Assembly: GCA_964187785.1 (NCBI GenBank)
Contig: OZ076409.1
Coordinates: 57,414,001-57,478,000 of the forward strand
Source of the DNA: Amphiscolops sp. MND2022
Taxonomy: Eukaryota
DNA length: 64,000 nt
Direction of reading: 5' to 3'
The first letter of the stretch is position 1, and the number at the start of each line of letters is the position of its first letter. The notes below the pieces were generated by a model that saw only the letters and a program-made list of their open reading frames with translations, was not told where the DNA came from and made no database searches. Shown in pieces: positions 1-10,484 of the stretch. Both the position numbers and the translations under genes were made by a program.

Positions 1-2533
1 CACTGTAGGGACTGTAAGGGCTTCCATCCACTAGCTGCACAGTTTTGGCGCTACTACCAGTACAACTGACAAGAGCGGGCTTGGTTGAGATGGCACCCAT
101 GATGTATGACACCAAACTGATCTCAGCATCAGTTTGGCCCTGTATCCTCCCGGTCCGCTTGAGGAAGACCCGACACAGTTCGCTGTCTCGCCAGTATCGT
201 ATGAAGATGAGAACGAAGGCACCATCATTCGCAAATTCGATCGAGTACTCTCAATTGGAGTTTACTTGGGAGGCAATATCACAGATGATCTCGTGGAACA
301 TGTGATGGAACAATACCTGAAACAGAAAGACGAAGACGGTTACCACTGGATACCACCTTGAGAAGCAGAGTAGACTACTTCTAAGAAATAGTAAAAGTTT
401 ACTTACAGTCAAGCGCTCTTTGCTCCAGTTGAAATCAGTAAACAGAGCCTGGTGGTTCACGATGACCCCCACGTCACTCCAGAATAACTTCAGCACTTCA
501 AGATCGCCATACGAAGGGAGAAATCGGCCCAGTACTGACAATTGGATGCGAGCTCTGCTATCGGCCGATGAAGCCATGTAGTCCATGCCAGACATGTACT
601 CGTCATAGAAGGGAAGCTTTTGCCCGCTTTCTATCAGCTCAACATCAATAAAGTTTGGCAGCTCCAGTTCTAAATGGTAAGGGGTTAAAACCTTCCCGTC
701 CTTTCCTCGCACTTGGTGAATCTTGTTTTTAGTGACCGGATCGATTTTGTAGAGGTACTCGTACCTCCACCTTTGGTCTTTCCTCAGATGTTTTTCGGTG
801 GAGTGGTGACGCAGAATTTCCCTAGCTCCTTTCCCTTAGATGGAAATATTGGCCTTACAAACTTGGCAATAAAATTTGTATTTGTTCCACCTGGGGTCTA
901 CTGGCCCAGAGACAAAGGTTCGCGTCCACTCCATCCCCTTGAAGTACGCTTCCTTCATGATTTTGCAACTTCGGGTCACTTTTCGTCTTGCCCCTTGGGA
1001 AGCGGAACTCGTTGCTTGTCGCCCTCGCTTGCTAGTGGTTCGTTTGGAGCGTTCCTGCATTCCTTCTGCCTTCAAGGAAGCCAAAGTTTGTCCCCCGGGA
1101 CTGTCAGCGCAGTACTCGAGTGCTAGAGACCCTGAGTCCACTGGGCTATAACTTGTGCGCTTTGTGGAGGCACTTTGTGGAGGGGGAGCAATACCATCAT
1201 GACTGGGAGCTTCAAATGAGTACCCAATGCTGGAAAATTCGTCATCACTTTGTATAGCTCCGCTTGTGTCGCTAAAACGACCGGGAGTTTCGCTCCTAGT
1301 TCGCCGCTTTCCAAGCCCACTGGGTTCTGTCGAGGTCAAAGTTTGCAGGGATCCTGGTCCCAGATTCAATTCACTGGCTCTCTTAATCAGATCTTCAAGC
1401 GCACCATGAGCCGTCCGAACAGTCTCTTCTGCCACAACCTTCAGAACGCTGCTGATTTGGTCTTCTGTGAAAGCTATAACAGGGTGTCCTCTTGGAAGGC
1501 TTGAAGGTTCGACGTTGGCAAAGTACTCTTTGATTAGGGCCCGGCCACTTGACTTGAGGAAAGAGCTGTGATTAGTACCCTGTGTGACTACCGGTGCAAA
1601 GGCGCTATCTAAATCACCGGACCCAAGAGGGACCGCATGCCGCTTCAGATTCATGGCTTGACCTATAGTAGATCCGCCAGGATTCGTGGTAGACTCAACG
1701 TCAGTTTCTCGACCAAGTTCCGACTCGCTGTAAGTTGACGTTAAACAAGCAGCTGTATTGGAACGCTTGGCTCCAGGGCCAAATTGGGTTGTTCCAGTAC
1801 TAGTGGACGGAAGGTCATGGAGACCAGCTTTGGGAACCGGCAAAACTTCGAAGTTAGAAGAACTTTCCATTCTGGGCCTTTTACTAATCTCTTGGTTTGC
1901 CTTGTCACCTGCAGGGCTGGAAGCAGTTAGTGGCGGTTCGAGGAAAGTTACTATTGGATTCGGCAATTCTTGATCAGTAAAGTCAGAAAGCACGTTCAAC
2001 CCAGGAGTAACACACAGTTTTCCGCTTTCGCTCGCCTTTAGCAAAGAATTTGTCTCACTAGGTGCCCCTTGTGTGAAAGTTTCATCTCCTAGACTCATCA
2101 TCTTGCGTGCAAAATATGCTTGGACGCTCTCTTCTGAACTACTGGCGTCGGTCGCTAGCAGGTTGATTAAGGAGGGAGAGTAATCTGGCGATCCTGGCAG
2201 CTGAGATTTTGGGTCCACTTGGGTGGACGATTCTGGCGAGTTTGTCCCTTTGCAATCTTGCTCCAATGAGGCGTGAGAAGATGCTTCCTCAATTATTTCA
2301 ATCCCAGGCGTTAGCAATCTAAGCGGTCCTGGTGAAGGCGTAGTAGGACTGGTTACAGTGGTTTCTTGAGCTTCTAGACAATGAGTCTCTTCAGCGGCAG
2401 GAGGATTAGTGATCATTGGTGTTTCTCCGTTACTGTTACTCTCACTCTCAGTTCGAGTTGGTTGGCCGTTTGATTCTTTGCCTAAACGGAAAGAAATAAA
2501 TTCGGGCGACTCACTTCTTGCAAATATATCCAT
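1..2533 (-). pseudogene. Antisense cargo gene of element A: Ser/Pro-rich N-terminus, BED-like zinc finger, hAT-like domain; spliced, with in-frame stops
   Basis: ORF 836-2533 ends FYCQVCKANISI* and continues in frame as GKGAREILRHHSTEKHLRKDQRW into ORF 251-712. GT..AG intron 406-317 (90 nt). Second stop at 251-253, then EYSIEFANDGAFVLIFIRYW. Confidence 0.7.
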
Positions 2534-3697
2534 CTTGCCGCATTTTAAAACTTCCGGAAGTAAAGCTCAACTAATTCAACAGCTTTTGAAAATATTTCAC
2601 GATGGTGGAAGTAAAATTAGTCAAACCTAAACCCTGTTCAAGTTTAGTCTAGTCAAAACTCTAAAAAAACCAACCTGACGTTATTCCCATGATAGGAAAG
2701 CGGAATTCCTCAGACTCAACTATTTCGGTGAGATTTAGCTCTGTAGTCCTTTGGACTGGGGGACACAAATGTCTGTTACTTCCAAAGAGGTGAATATCCA
2801 ACTTCTTCCTTTTCCCTTCTGTAGCTGCTGCGACTCACAGGCAAGAAGTAAATCGGGGAATTCAAGTAGCAATGTAATAATTACACAATTCAATAGGAAG
2901 AAGGTGAACGCGTTGCATAAAGGCTAGACACAGAAACATATATAATGCTATATAGTATGCATTAACTTGACTTTCTTACTCTACTCGACTAAAAGGATAG
3001 TTTACCAAACGATTATTACATTATTCAAAAAAGTCGGTCATTAACTTTGTTTAAAGAGGACGTCGTGGCTTACCCATTAGTTCTTTCTCTCGTAATTATT
3101 CTTCACCTATTCTTCACACTTCCATACAATTATCTAATTAGTTTTTTACCATGAATGGAACCTGCCAGTGAAATTCACGCTCATTATTTCGCTTCCTAGT
3201 TTAGTTCATTTCATGAAAATTGCTTCGATTAGGGTTAAAACTCCATTTTCATTCATCATTTACCAAAATTTTCTTCATTTATTTATCGGAATCACCCTAA
3301 TGGTTGATTCGGTTGATGTAGCTTCGTGGACCGAAGGTCTTTGATGGTGGAAATATTTACTGACAGTTTACTTGAGTTAGCACTTAACTCACTCACTAAC
3401 TACTGTTAAGTGTTTGTGTAAACAACTTACAAGTCCCTCAAGGACCAATTAACATGAAATTTACCTCAGTTGTTACTTCTAGAAATTCCGTAAAATTACA
3501 AATATGGAATGTTTGGCAAGAATTTAGAGAAAATGAAAAACGGTTTCCCCGCTGGGGATTCCCGCGAAAAGGGTGAAACCACTAGTCCGAATAACTAGAA
3601 GAAAATCATTCAGTCAAATTTCAAAAGCCAAACCAGTTGACTACTAGCAAACCTCAAAATTGCCAAGAAAATCCTCCTTAGAAAATATAAATCTCAG

Positions 3698-4519
3698 ATG
3701 GGAACTCAATTCACAATTGATGAATTGGCCAAATGTTTGGTCAGCCCAGCCTACTTCTCTTCAGAGGAAGAGGAGGATATGGAAGTAGACATCCTGTCTG
3801 TGTCACCGCAAGGGACCGAACGTCACTTGGACGACAGTGACATAGAAGTCATCGCCTGTTATGGCCACGTGCCAATTGCCCCAACTAAACAGAATGCCAC
3901 ACGCAAGATGACTACGGACCTCTCTAGTTGCGTGGACGACGGGTTGCCCGAGTTCCCCTGGGACGACTTTTCGGACTTCTGGCCTGAAGATTTCAAAACA
4001 GCAATAGTCGAATTAGGAACTGGCCCAGACGCAATCGGCAGAGAGAACAATTGTCCAATCAACCAGTGCTCAAAGCTTGTCCCTCAGGTGGACACGCCGC
4101 TTTCTCCACCTCTGTGCGAGCAAGGGCCCAGCTATGGTCGTTATGATTACGCTGGACCCAATGTGACAGATTTTACTGTGCCCGTAAACTCTCACATTCA
4201 GGGGATTAGTGTGCGAATTGGAGCAAACTGTGGTGAACCGAACGCTGCAGCTTATGGAGATTGCATTGTGTGTGGCAGATCATACGAACAATTCCGCGAG
4301 ACTGCAGTCCTGACGTACCTTGAGTCGACTACAAGACGAGGCGAAACGCATTACGATCAACAGAGACGGAGAGATGCTTACTTAGCTGGAATGAACCAAG
4401 GGACAGTACTTTTGGTCCCTAGGGGAGTGTCGCAGGCTGCCGCCTGTGACGGGAATTATTATCAAATTCCCCAAGAATATGTAGAATCCAACCCCCCACC
4501 CGGAGTATTGCCAATTTGA
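3698..4519 (+). CDS. Small cargo ORF of element A (273 aa; acidic N-terminus, CxxC motif) overlapping the 3' LTR start
   Basis: Intact ORF. C-terminal GDCIVCGRSYE...GET...AYLAG...GVSQAAACDG aligns with GNCHWCGRTYD...GET...AYLDG...GLSQPRACVG read from elements B and C. Confidence 0.7.
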   Translation: MGTQFTIDELAKCLVSPAYFSSEEEEDMEVDILSVSPQGTERHLDDSDIEVIACYGHVPIAPTKQNATRKMTTDLSSCVDDGLPEFPWDDFSDFWPEDFKTAIVELGTGPDAIGRENNCPINQCSKLVPQVDTPLSPPLCEQGPSYGRYDYAGPNVTDFTVPVNSHIQGISVRIGANCGEPNAAAYGDCIVCGRSYEQFRETAVLTYLESTTRRGETHYDQQRRRDAYLAGMNQGTVLLVPRGVSQAAACDGNYYQIPQEYVESNPPPGVLPI

Positions 4520-6078
4520 AAGACTTACGGTAAAACAATTCATAACTATGTTTAATCTTATCCCAATAGTGCTATTTTATATTTTTACCGTGGCGGACCT
4601 GTGGTCCACACGGCTACATGTTAGTTTTCATTTTTACCTTACGGGAATATACTTAATTGATGAGTCCTGTGCCTGTTTGATTGATTAAATGAATTTGTAA
4701 TATAGTCAATTGAATGTAAAATAATGCGTACAATGCTTGCTGAATACTAGGAAACCTGTTCAAATGAACGCTTGTTGACGCCCAGCGTACGTACCGGCCT
4801 TATTTAAATAAACCAATCAGAGTGCTGTACATTCTTATCATTATTATTGCTGTAGCCACGTGGACCGAAGGTCTACCGTGGTGTTATTAGCTGCCAATTA
4901 GTCGATGCTATTATGTTTACTGTAGCCGCGCGTACTGTCAGTCCGCGACGGTTACTACTATTTAGAGCTGCAATTTAAATAAACTGATGTAGTTACTCGG
5001 ACCTTAAGTCTATTAGTACAGTAATAATGGACGATTTGTTTGTTATGATACTTGTCAGACTTGAAATATTAAAGTAAACATGTAACTATCCAAAGCAAAA
5101 TGTGCTAATTTTAGAACTAATATCACACTTACAGACCATTGGTCAATCCCTCCATTTTACCCTGATGCTATATTTAGCTGTAATTTGATGTAGTAATATT
5201 GACGTCATGTATCAAAATATAACCCGGGAGCTATTATTAGTACCATGACCAGCATAATTTTGCGGGTCATGCAGTGTGAAGTATATATAGCGGGGACCCG
5301 TAGGCCCCAGGATGATTCTTTCTGATTTCATGAAACTATCAACTATATACACTGCTGATTCAATTTGTTACGTTACGAGACTTATTGGAATAATAGACCG
5401 TTTGTCAATTCAATATTAATCTCCAAAGTTTGTTCAATGACATCAACAAGGAGACAGAATGCCAAAGAGAGACGCTCTGGGCAACTGGACATAATGTCTG
5501 ATGTAAAAAATGTTGATATAATGCTTGGAAGTTACTCTAGATGTGATGAAGAGAATAACATTAGCGAAAAAGAAGGGAATTTGGACTCAGGGTCTAGTAG
5601 ACCACAACAAAGTTCAAACGATATAGGAGAAGATTTCAGATCTTTACTTAATACCAATAGTAGGGAAAACAGCGAAATCACAATTGAGACCACTAGGTTG
5701 ATTAATGAGGAAATTTCAAATCAAATGTCTAGAAGACTCAATGAGGTCAAAACTAGCTTGAGTTCTCAAGTCCAGGAAGCTATCACAGCTGCAATAACAA
5801 GTACAGTGCTTCCGGCTATTCAAAATACGCTAGAAACGCAGGGGAGACTTGATTTCACCATGGTGGACCGAGGGTCCAACGGGCCACATCCGAGCCCAAG
5901 GCCAACGATTTCACCGTAAGGGACCGAAGGTCCAGTGGGCTACAACGGAACACCGAAGTTGGAAATGCTCAGAAATCGTGGGAAAATCGTCCCAGAACTT
6001 GCTTTACACAGGAAAATACTAGACTGAGGTCTAGAGAGGGTTCAACAGACTCTAATAATAGTGAACAAATTCACGACA
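4428..6078 (+). repeat. 3' LTR of element A (about 1.65 kb)
   Basis: Starts TGTCGCAG after the purine tract and ends ...TTCACGACA (or 2 bp later), similar to the ...ATTATCACA end of the B/C LTRs. Contains a gag-leader-like ORF (MTSTRRQNAKERRSG..., in 5365-5919) as the B/C LTRs do. The partner LTR is outside the window. Confidence 0.6.
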
Positions 6079-6640
6079 CAAGGCTTGAATCAGAACCTTT
6101 TGAGTCTGTGCGAAATCAGTTTTCATCTGCGCTGAGATTTCCTCTCTTTGGAATGCCTTCAACTCCTGATATTCTGTAAGATATTATCAGATGGACCCGG
6201 AATAGAGACGTGCTGCTCACGTATCCCGAAACTATAATCTGTAACTGATCGTTCTCAGAAAAACTAAGATTCTCCTCGCAATTCAGGATTATTACTGGTT
6301 TCCCTTTCTCATTTCTTTTAATCATCTTTTTGAGGAAGTATTTTCATTTCTCGAGATGTAAGTTGAGAGTCGCAAAAAGATCAACAAAGAGCTGAACTCT
6401 TATCAAAAAAAATATATAAATATATACATACAAATATATACACGTATTCATTTCATAGTGTCAGTTGTTCAAGACGGCGTACGCTGAATGATTTGAAGAT
6501 TGAGTCATTTCCGGATTATTCAGTTCGAAATTCGTAACATTTCATGCATAACGTCGACATTTCGATGATTTCCGCTTTTAAAGTCACTATTAGTCATCCG
6601 TTATAATCAGATCATTCTGATATGTGACCACACAACTTCA

Positions 6641-6905
6641 AGTTTCGTTTATGATCGCATGGATTTCGTTTTCGATTTCCACGCTATTCTAAAAGTTGAT
6701 TTGTAACAGTGAAAAAAAGTAGCATTTCCTGTTTTACGAAACTCAGTTAGATATGTGTTCCCGATCAAGTAAGTTTCTTGAACAGGAACGCATATCTAAC
6801 TGAGTTTCGTAATACAGGAAATGCAGCTTTTTTTCACTGTTACAACTCAATTTTTAGAATAGCGTGGAAAACGAGGACGCAATCCAAGCGATCATAAAAA
6901 AAACT
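6641..6905. repeat. Long imperfect palindrome (foldback/MITE-like)
   Basis: Arms of about 120 bp (e.g. TACGAAACTCAGTTAGATATG / CATATCTAACTGAGTTTCGTA) around a spacer of about 22 bp. Confidence 0.8.
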
Positions 6906-7131
6906 GATGCGTAATACGAGGGAGAATGCTTGCTAAGCTATTCAGACTTCTAAAGATAAAATAGGGAGTATAAATTGTGGAAGAAAATTCAGAATTTAGA
7001 CAATACAATCCCACTTCATACAATTATTTAGCATTACAGAATTGATATTGTCTCATGTTGGATGAGGGGGATAGAGATTAGATTATCGAACAACTTGCAT
7101 ATCAGCCTTGTTGGCGCTATGACATTATAGA

Positions 7132-8621
7132 TGTGATAATCCTCTTCTGTGCGATCCTCATTTATGACCACAGAGTCATTTAAATCAATGTTTTGTATGC
7201 TCAAAGGTTGCATTGGCGTTCTAAGTTCGTTTAAATTAGATGGCCTGAAAGGATTATCCTGTATCTCACATTCTTGATTTTCTGGTTCAGATGCGTTTTC
7301 TTCACCGTCTTCATTACTGGTGTATTTCGAGGTTCCTGCTTTGGCAGTGTTTTGTTCTCGATATCTTCTGTTTGGTACGGACTGTGTCCTTCTGTTATTT
7401 TTCATCTCTTTCAGTATTTTCTCTAATTTTTCATCCATTTCTTTTCTTAAGTTTGTTACTTCTTTATTCGTTTTATCTGTTATTTTTTGGGTCCAAATTT
7501 GCATTTCGTTTCCATATTGTGTTCCGCTATCTAGAGCTATTTCTTCCTCCCTAACTGAACTAACGTTTTCAAAGTTACTTAAAGTTTCAATAACAGTTTC
7601 ATTACCTTGTGATGTCTCTATTTCTGATGCGCTCAGCTCTCTCTCAAGTGAGGGTGATTGTCCTCGTCTAGATCTCCTATTTCTCTTGTTTCCCATTTTG
7701 GCCAGATTAAAATGCAATGTTGGAGAGAAGAATTTTAATTAAACTTGAGAAGCAAAGTGAAATCGGGTTGAAATGAGATTGAAGAAAATGTGCATAACGT
7801 TGAATTATCGAAGTTGAAACAAAGGTTGTGAAGATGAAAAGAGAGGTCTGATCAGTCTGGAAGTTTTCTGTTGAATGAATTTTATTGAGTTTCTTACTCT
7901 CCTTTTTGATTTGGGCTAAATTTAGCAGCATGACAACCAATTTTTGGAATGTCACGGTCACATCACGATTATGTAATTACTAAAAATAGTACCCAATCTG
8001 ATATAAAAATAGGTATGTAAGTTACATCACTTCTATAAATAGATTCCTGCATGACAAATATTTTCCTGCGTTTTGATTGGTCATCACACTAACTGTACCA
8101 ATCCGTTCATCGTTAATGGGAAAATGTGGCAACACGTAGTATGACTCATATGTAGTGCAAGTATTAATTCCAACGTATTACTGCATGCGTGATCAGATTG
8201 TTATGATGAATCATACTATCAAATGTCATGATTAAAAATATTAAAAATGTGAGGTTATACTGCAATATGCTGCAAACTTAGTAAAGCAATTCAATTCAAA
8301 TACTTAAGTCAGTATGCGTTAGTGTTACATAGAAGCCACGTATAATTTATTCTTTTCACAAGAATTCGCTTTAAACAGTATTATGCGTCAAATAAGTTAT
8401 CACCATGTAAAAAATCATTTATGAATGAGTGTTGTTTTACCAATCTAGCTAGCAACAATAGCAAACAAATTCAGACATAGCTGATAATCAAAAGTTATGT
8501 ATAAATCCATACAATATAAGTTTCAAGAAGTGATGAGTTGTCTCTGAATTCACTGCAGATGGGTGAGTCATTTGCCTTCAATGCTGCACCGCGGATCCAA
8601 CGCAAGCTCTAGGCTGCGACA
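7132..8621 (-). repeat. 3' LTR of element B
   Basis: Direct repeat of 13082-14577 with roughly 30 differences counted by eye. Confidence 0.95.
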
Positions 8622-10484
8622 GGCCAGCATTCTTGAAGTAAATGAGTGCTGCCTCGAACCCATCTAGATAGGCCCGTCATATGATGTTTCTATTTCTCAC
8701 TGTCTCGCCTGGGTATTCAGTCGTAGCTGTATAGGCCGCCAGAGCATCAAGAGCAACTTCGTCGTAAACAATTCTCGATGTCATCTTTCTTTTAGCTTGC
8801 AATTTTCCCGGCGATTTCATAGCAGACTCAGAGTTATGCTCCTGTTTTTCATTTAAATAGCTCCATAACAAAATACACTTTGTGATTTCCGTTTATGGTT
8901 ACAATCGTTTCAATTATCCCAACAAGATGAAATTTCTTTTCGCAGCTTCCATATATGGCGAATAGAAGCGTTGACTTTTCCATTCAAAGTGACAAAGGCA
9001 CACTAAATTATTATAAACAAATATGAATGAAGCTTTTCATGATGAATTTTAACAACCCGGATTTTATTTTTTGAATTTTACAAATTTTATGAAATTTTAC
9101 ATGCAATCTTAAATAAAACAACGAGTAAAATAGAAATGAAAGTTTATGGGGGCAAAGTTTCTGTATAATTGTGTATTTAAACACTACAGAGTTTCTCAAA
9201 AGTTTAGGTTCACACTCATTTACTTTCTATATCCATCTCATATTGTTCATTTCAGCATCATGATGTCAACTGAATGATACACTGTTATCTTCATAGCAAT
9301 AAAGCGATGCATGGGGTCATGAGATGCTGTTTCTTTTTAGGTCAACACCAGTTCAAGTTGTACTGCAAGATGCATTTCACTTTGCGCTTTTCTTCGAACT
9401 GCCACTAGGGGGCGACGCATCATGCGTATGTAAATGAATTCGGTTATGCTGTATTAAGTACCAATTTCGCTGGCAGGTTTGATCGGTTTCCAAATATTTC
9501 AGCCAATCAGCGCGCAGTTTTTGCGCAAATATGTTAATGTAATTTGTTGAACCGGAAGCCACGCCGCATCTTTTGTTTGTTTATCGTATCAGTTTTGGTC
9601 AGTTTCAAAGTCGTTTGTCGTCAAATTTCTCTAAATTCTTCAATTCATCAAGTTTCCATTTTTATTTTGTAATCATAGTTTGTAGTTCAGCTTTCATTTC
9701 CAATCAGCAATTTTCTTTTGAATTCGTAATTACAATTCCATTTTTATTTCTTGCTTCACTTGGTTGTTTACCAAATGGTGCGTTCGCGTTCTTCTTCCCG
9801 CAGGAAGGCAACCCCCCGCAGAAGAGAGCTGCAGTTGCTAGGAATCTCCGGTCATCCACTACTACTACATCATGCGGTAAGCTTGAATTTTGGTTGATTT
9901 TTCTGATTGACTCAGACAGTATTTTTTTTCTTTGTGACGTCACGGATTTTAAATGCAAGTTGGCCAGACTCACATTTTGGTGTCGACTATCTTTTGATTT
10001 GTCAACTTCCGGTTTCCGAGTTTTGGGCGGAAATAATATTTTTCCTGTTACTGATTTCTGTTATCGACATCAGTACAATGCAGGATTTTTGTTTCAGATT
10101 CTTCCGCAGCTCAGCCGCGAAGTAGAGTTTCTAAACCTTCTGATACCAGCAAAGCGCCCGTAACACAACAAACTGTTTCCTGGAAAAATTTTCCCAGCGG
10201 ACAATTCCGGATGATCTTCAACTTCCCCCAAGCTTGACCCCTGTTGTGAGTCCTGTGGTGCAGCGCCTGACTGAAGTCCAGGTTATCCCTGATTGCGTGG
10301 TTTCGAGTTCAAAACAGAAGAAAAAGAGTAGTGCTAGTGTCCTCTAGAACAGACATCATCTGTTCCCGCAAAGGATGGTTTTCTGATTTGTATCTATATA
10401 CTTTTTGTTTGTATTTACTATTCCATTTTAAAAGAAAAGAAGAAGATGAGAAGTATGAGGACTTGAGATTTGTTAGTCTTTGTT

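Larger units (their letters stand above)
1..6078 (+). mobile_element. 3' portion of Ty3/gypsy-like LTR retrotransposon A (cargo region plus 3' LTR); runs off the left edge
   Basis: Purine tract AGGGGAG (4421-4427) precedes TGTCGCAG, the same start as the TSD-proven LTR of element B. Cargo ORFs are homologous to those of element C in the same relative arrangement. No pol is inside the window. Confidence 0.7.

Noticed and set aside
3698..4519. env gene
   Set aside because: No signal peptide, furin-site-plus-fusion-peptide arrangement or transmembrane anchor is visible.
7291..7742. Hydrophobic plus-strand ORFs here and at 13241-13692
   Set aside because: Antisense shadows of the A-rich LTR-encoded gag leader.
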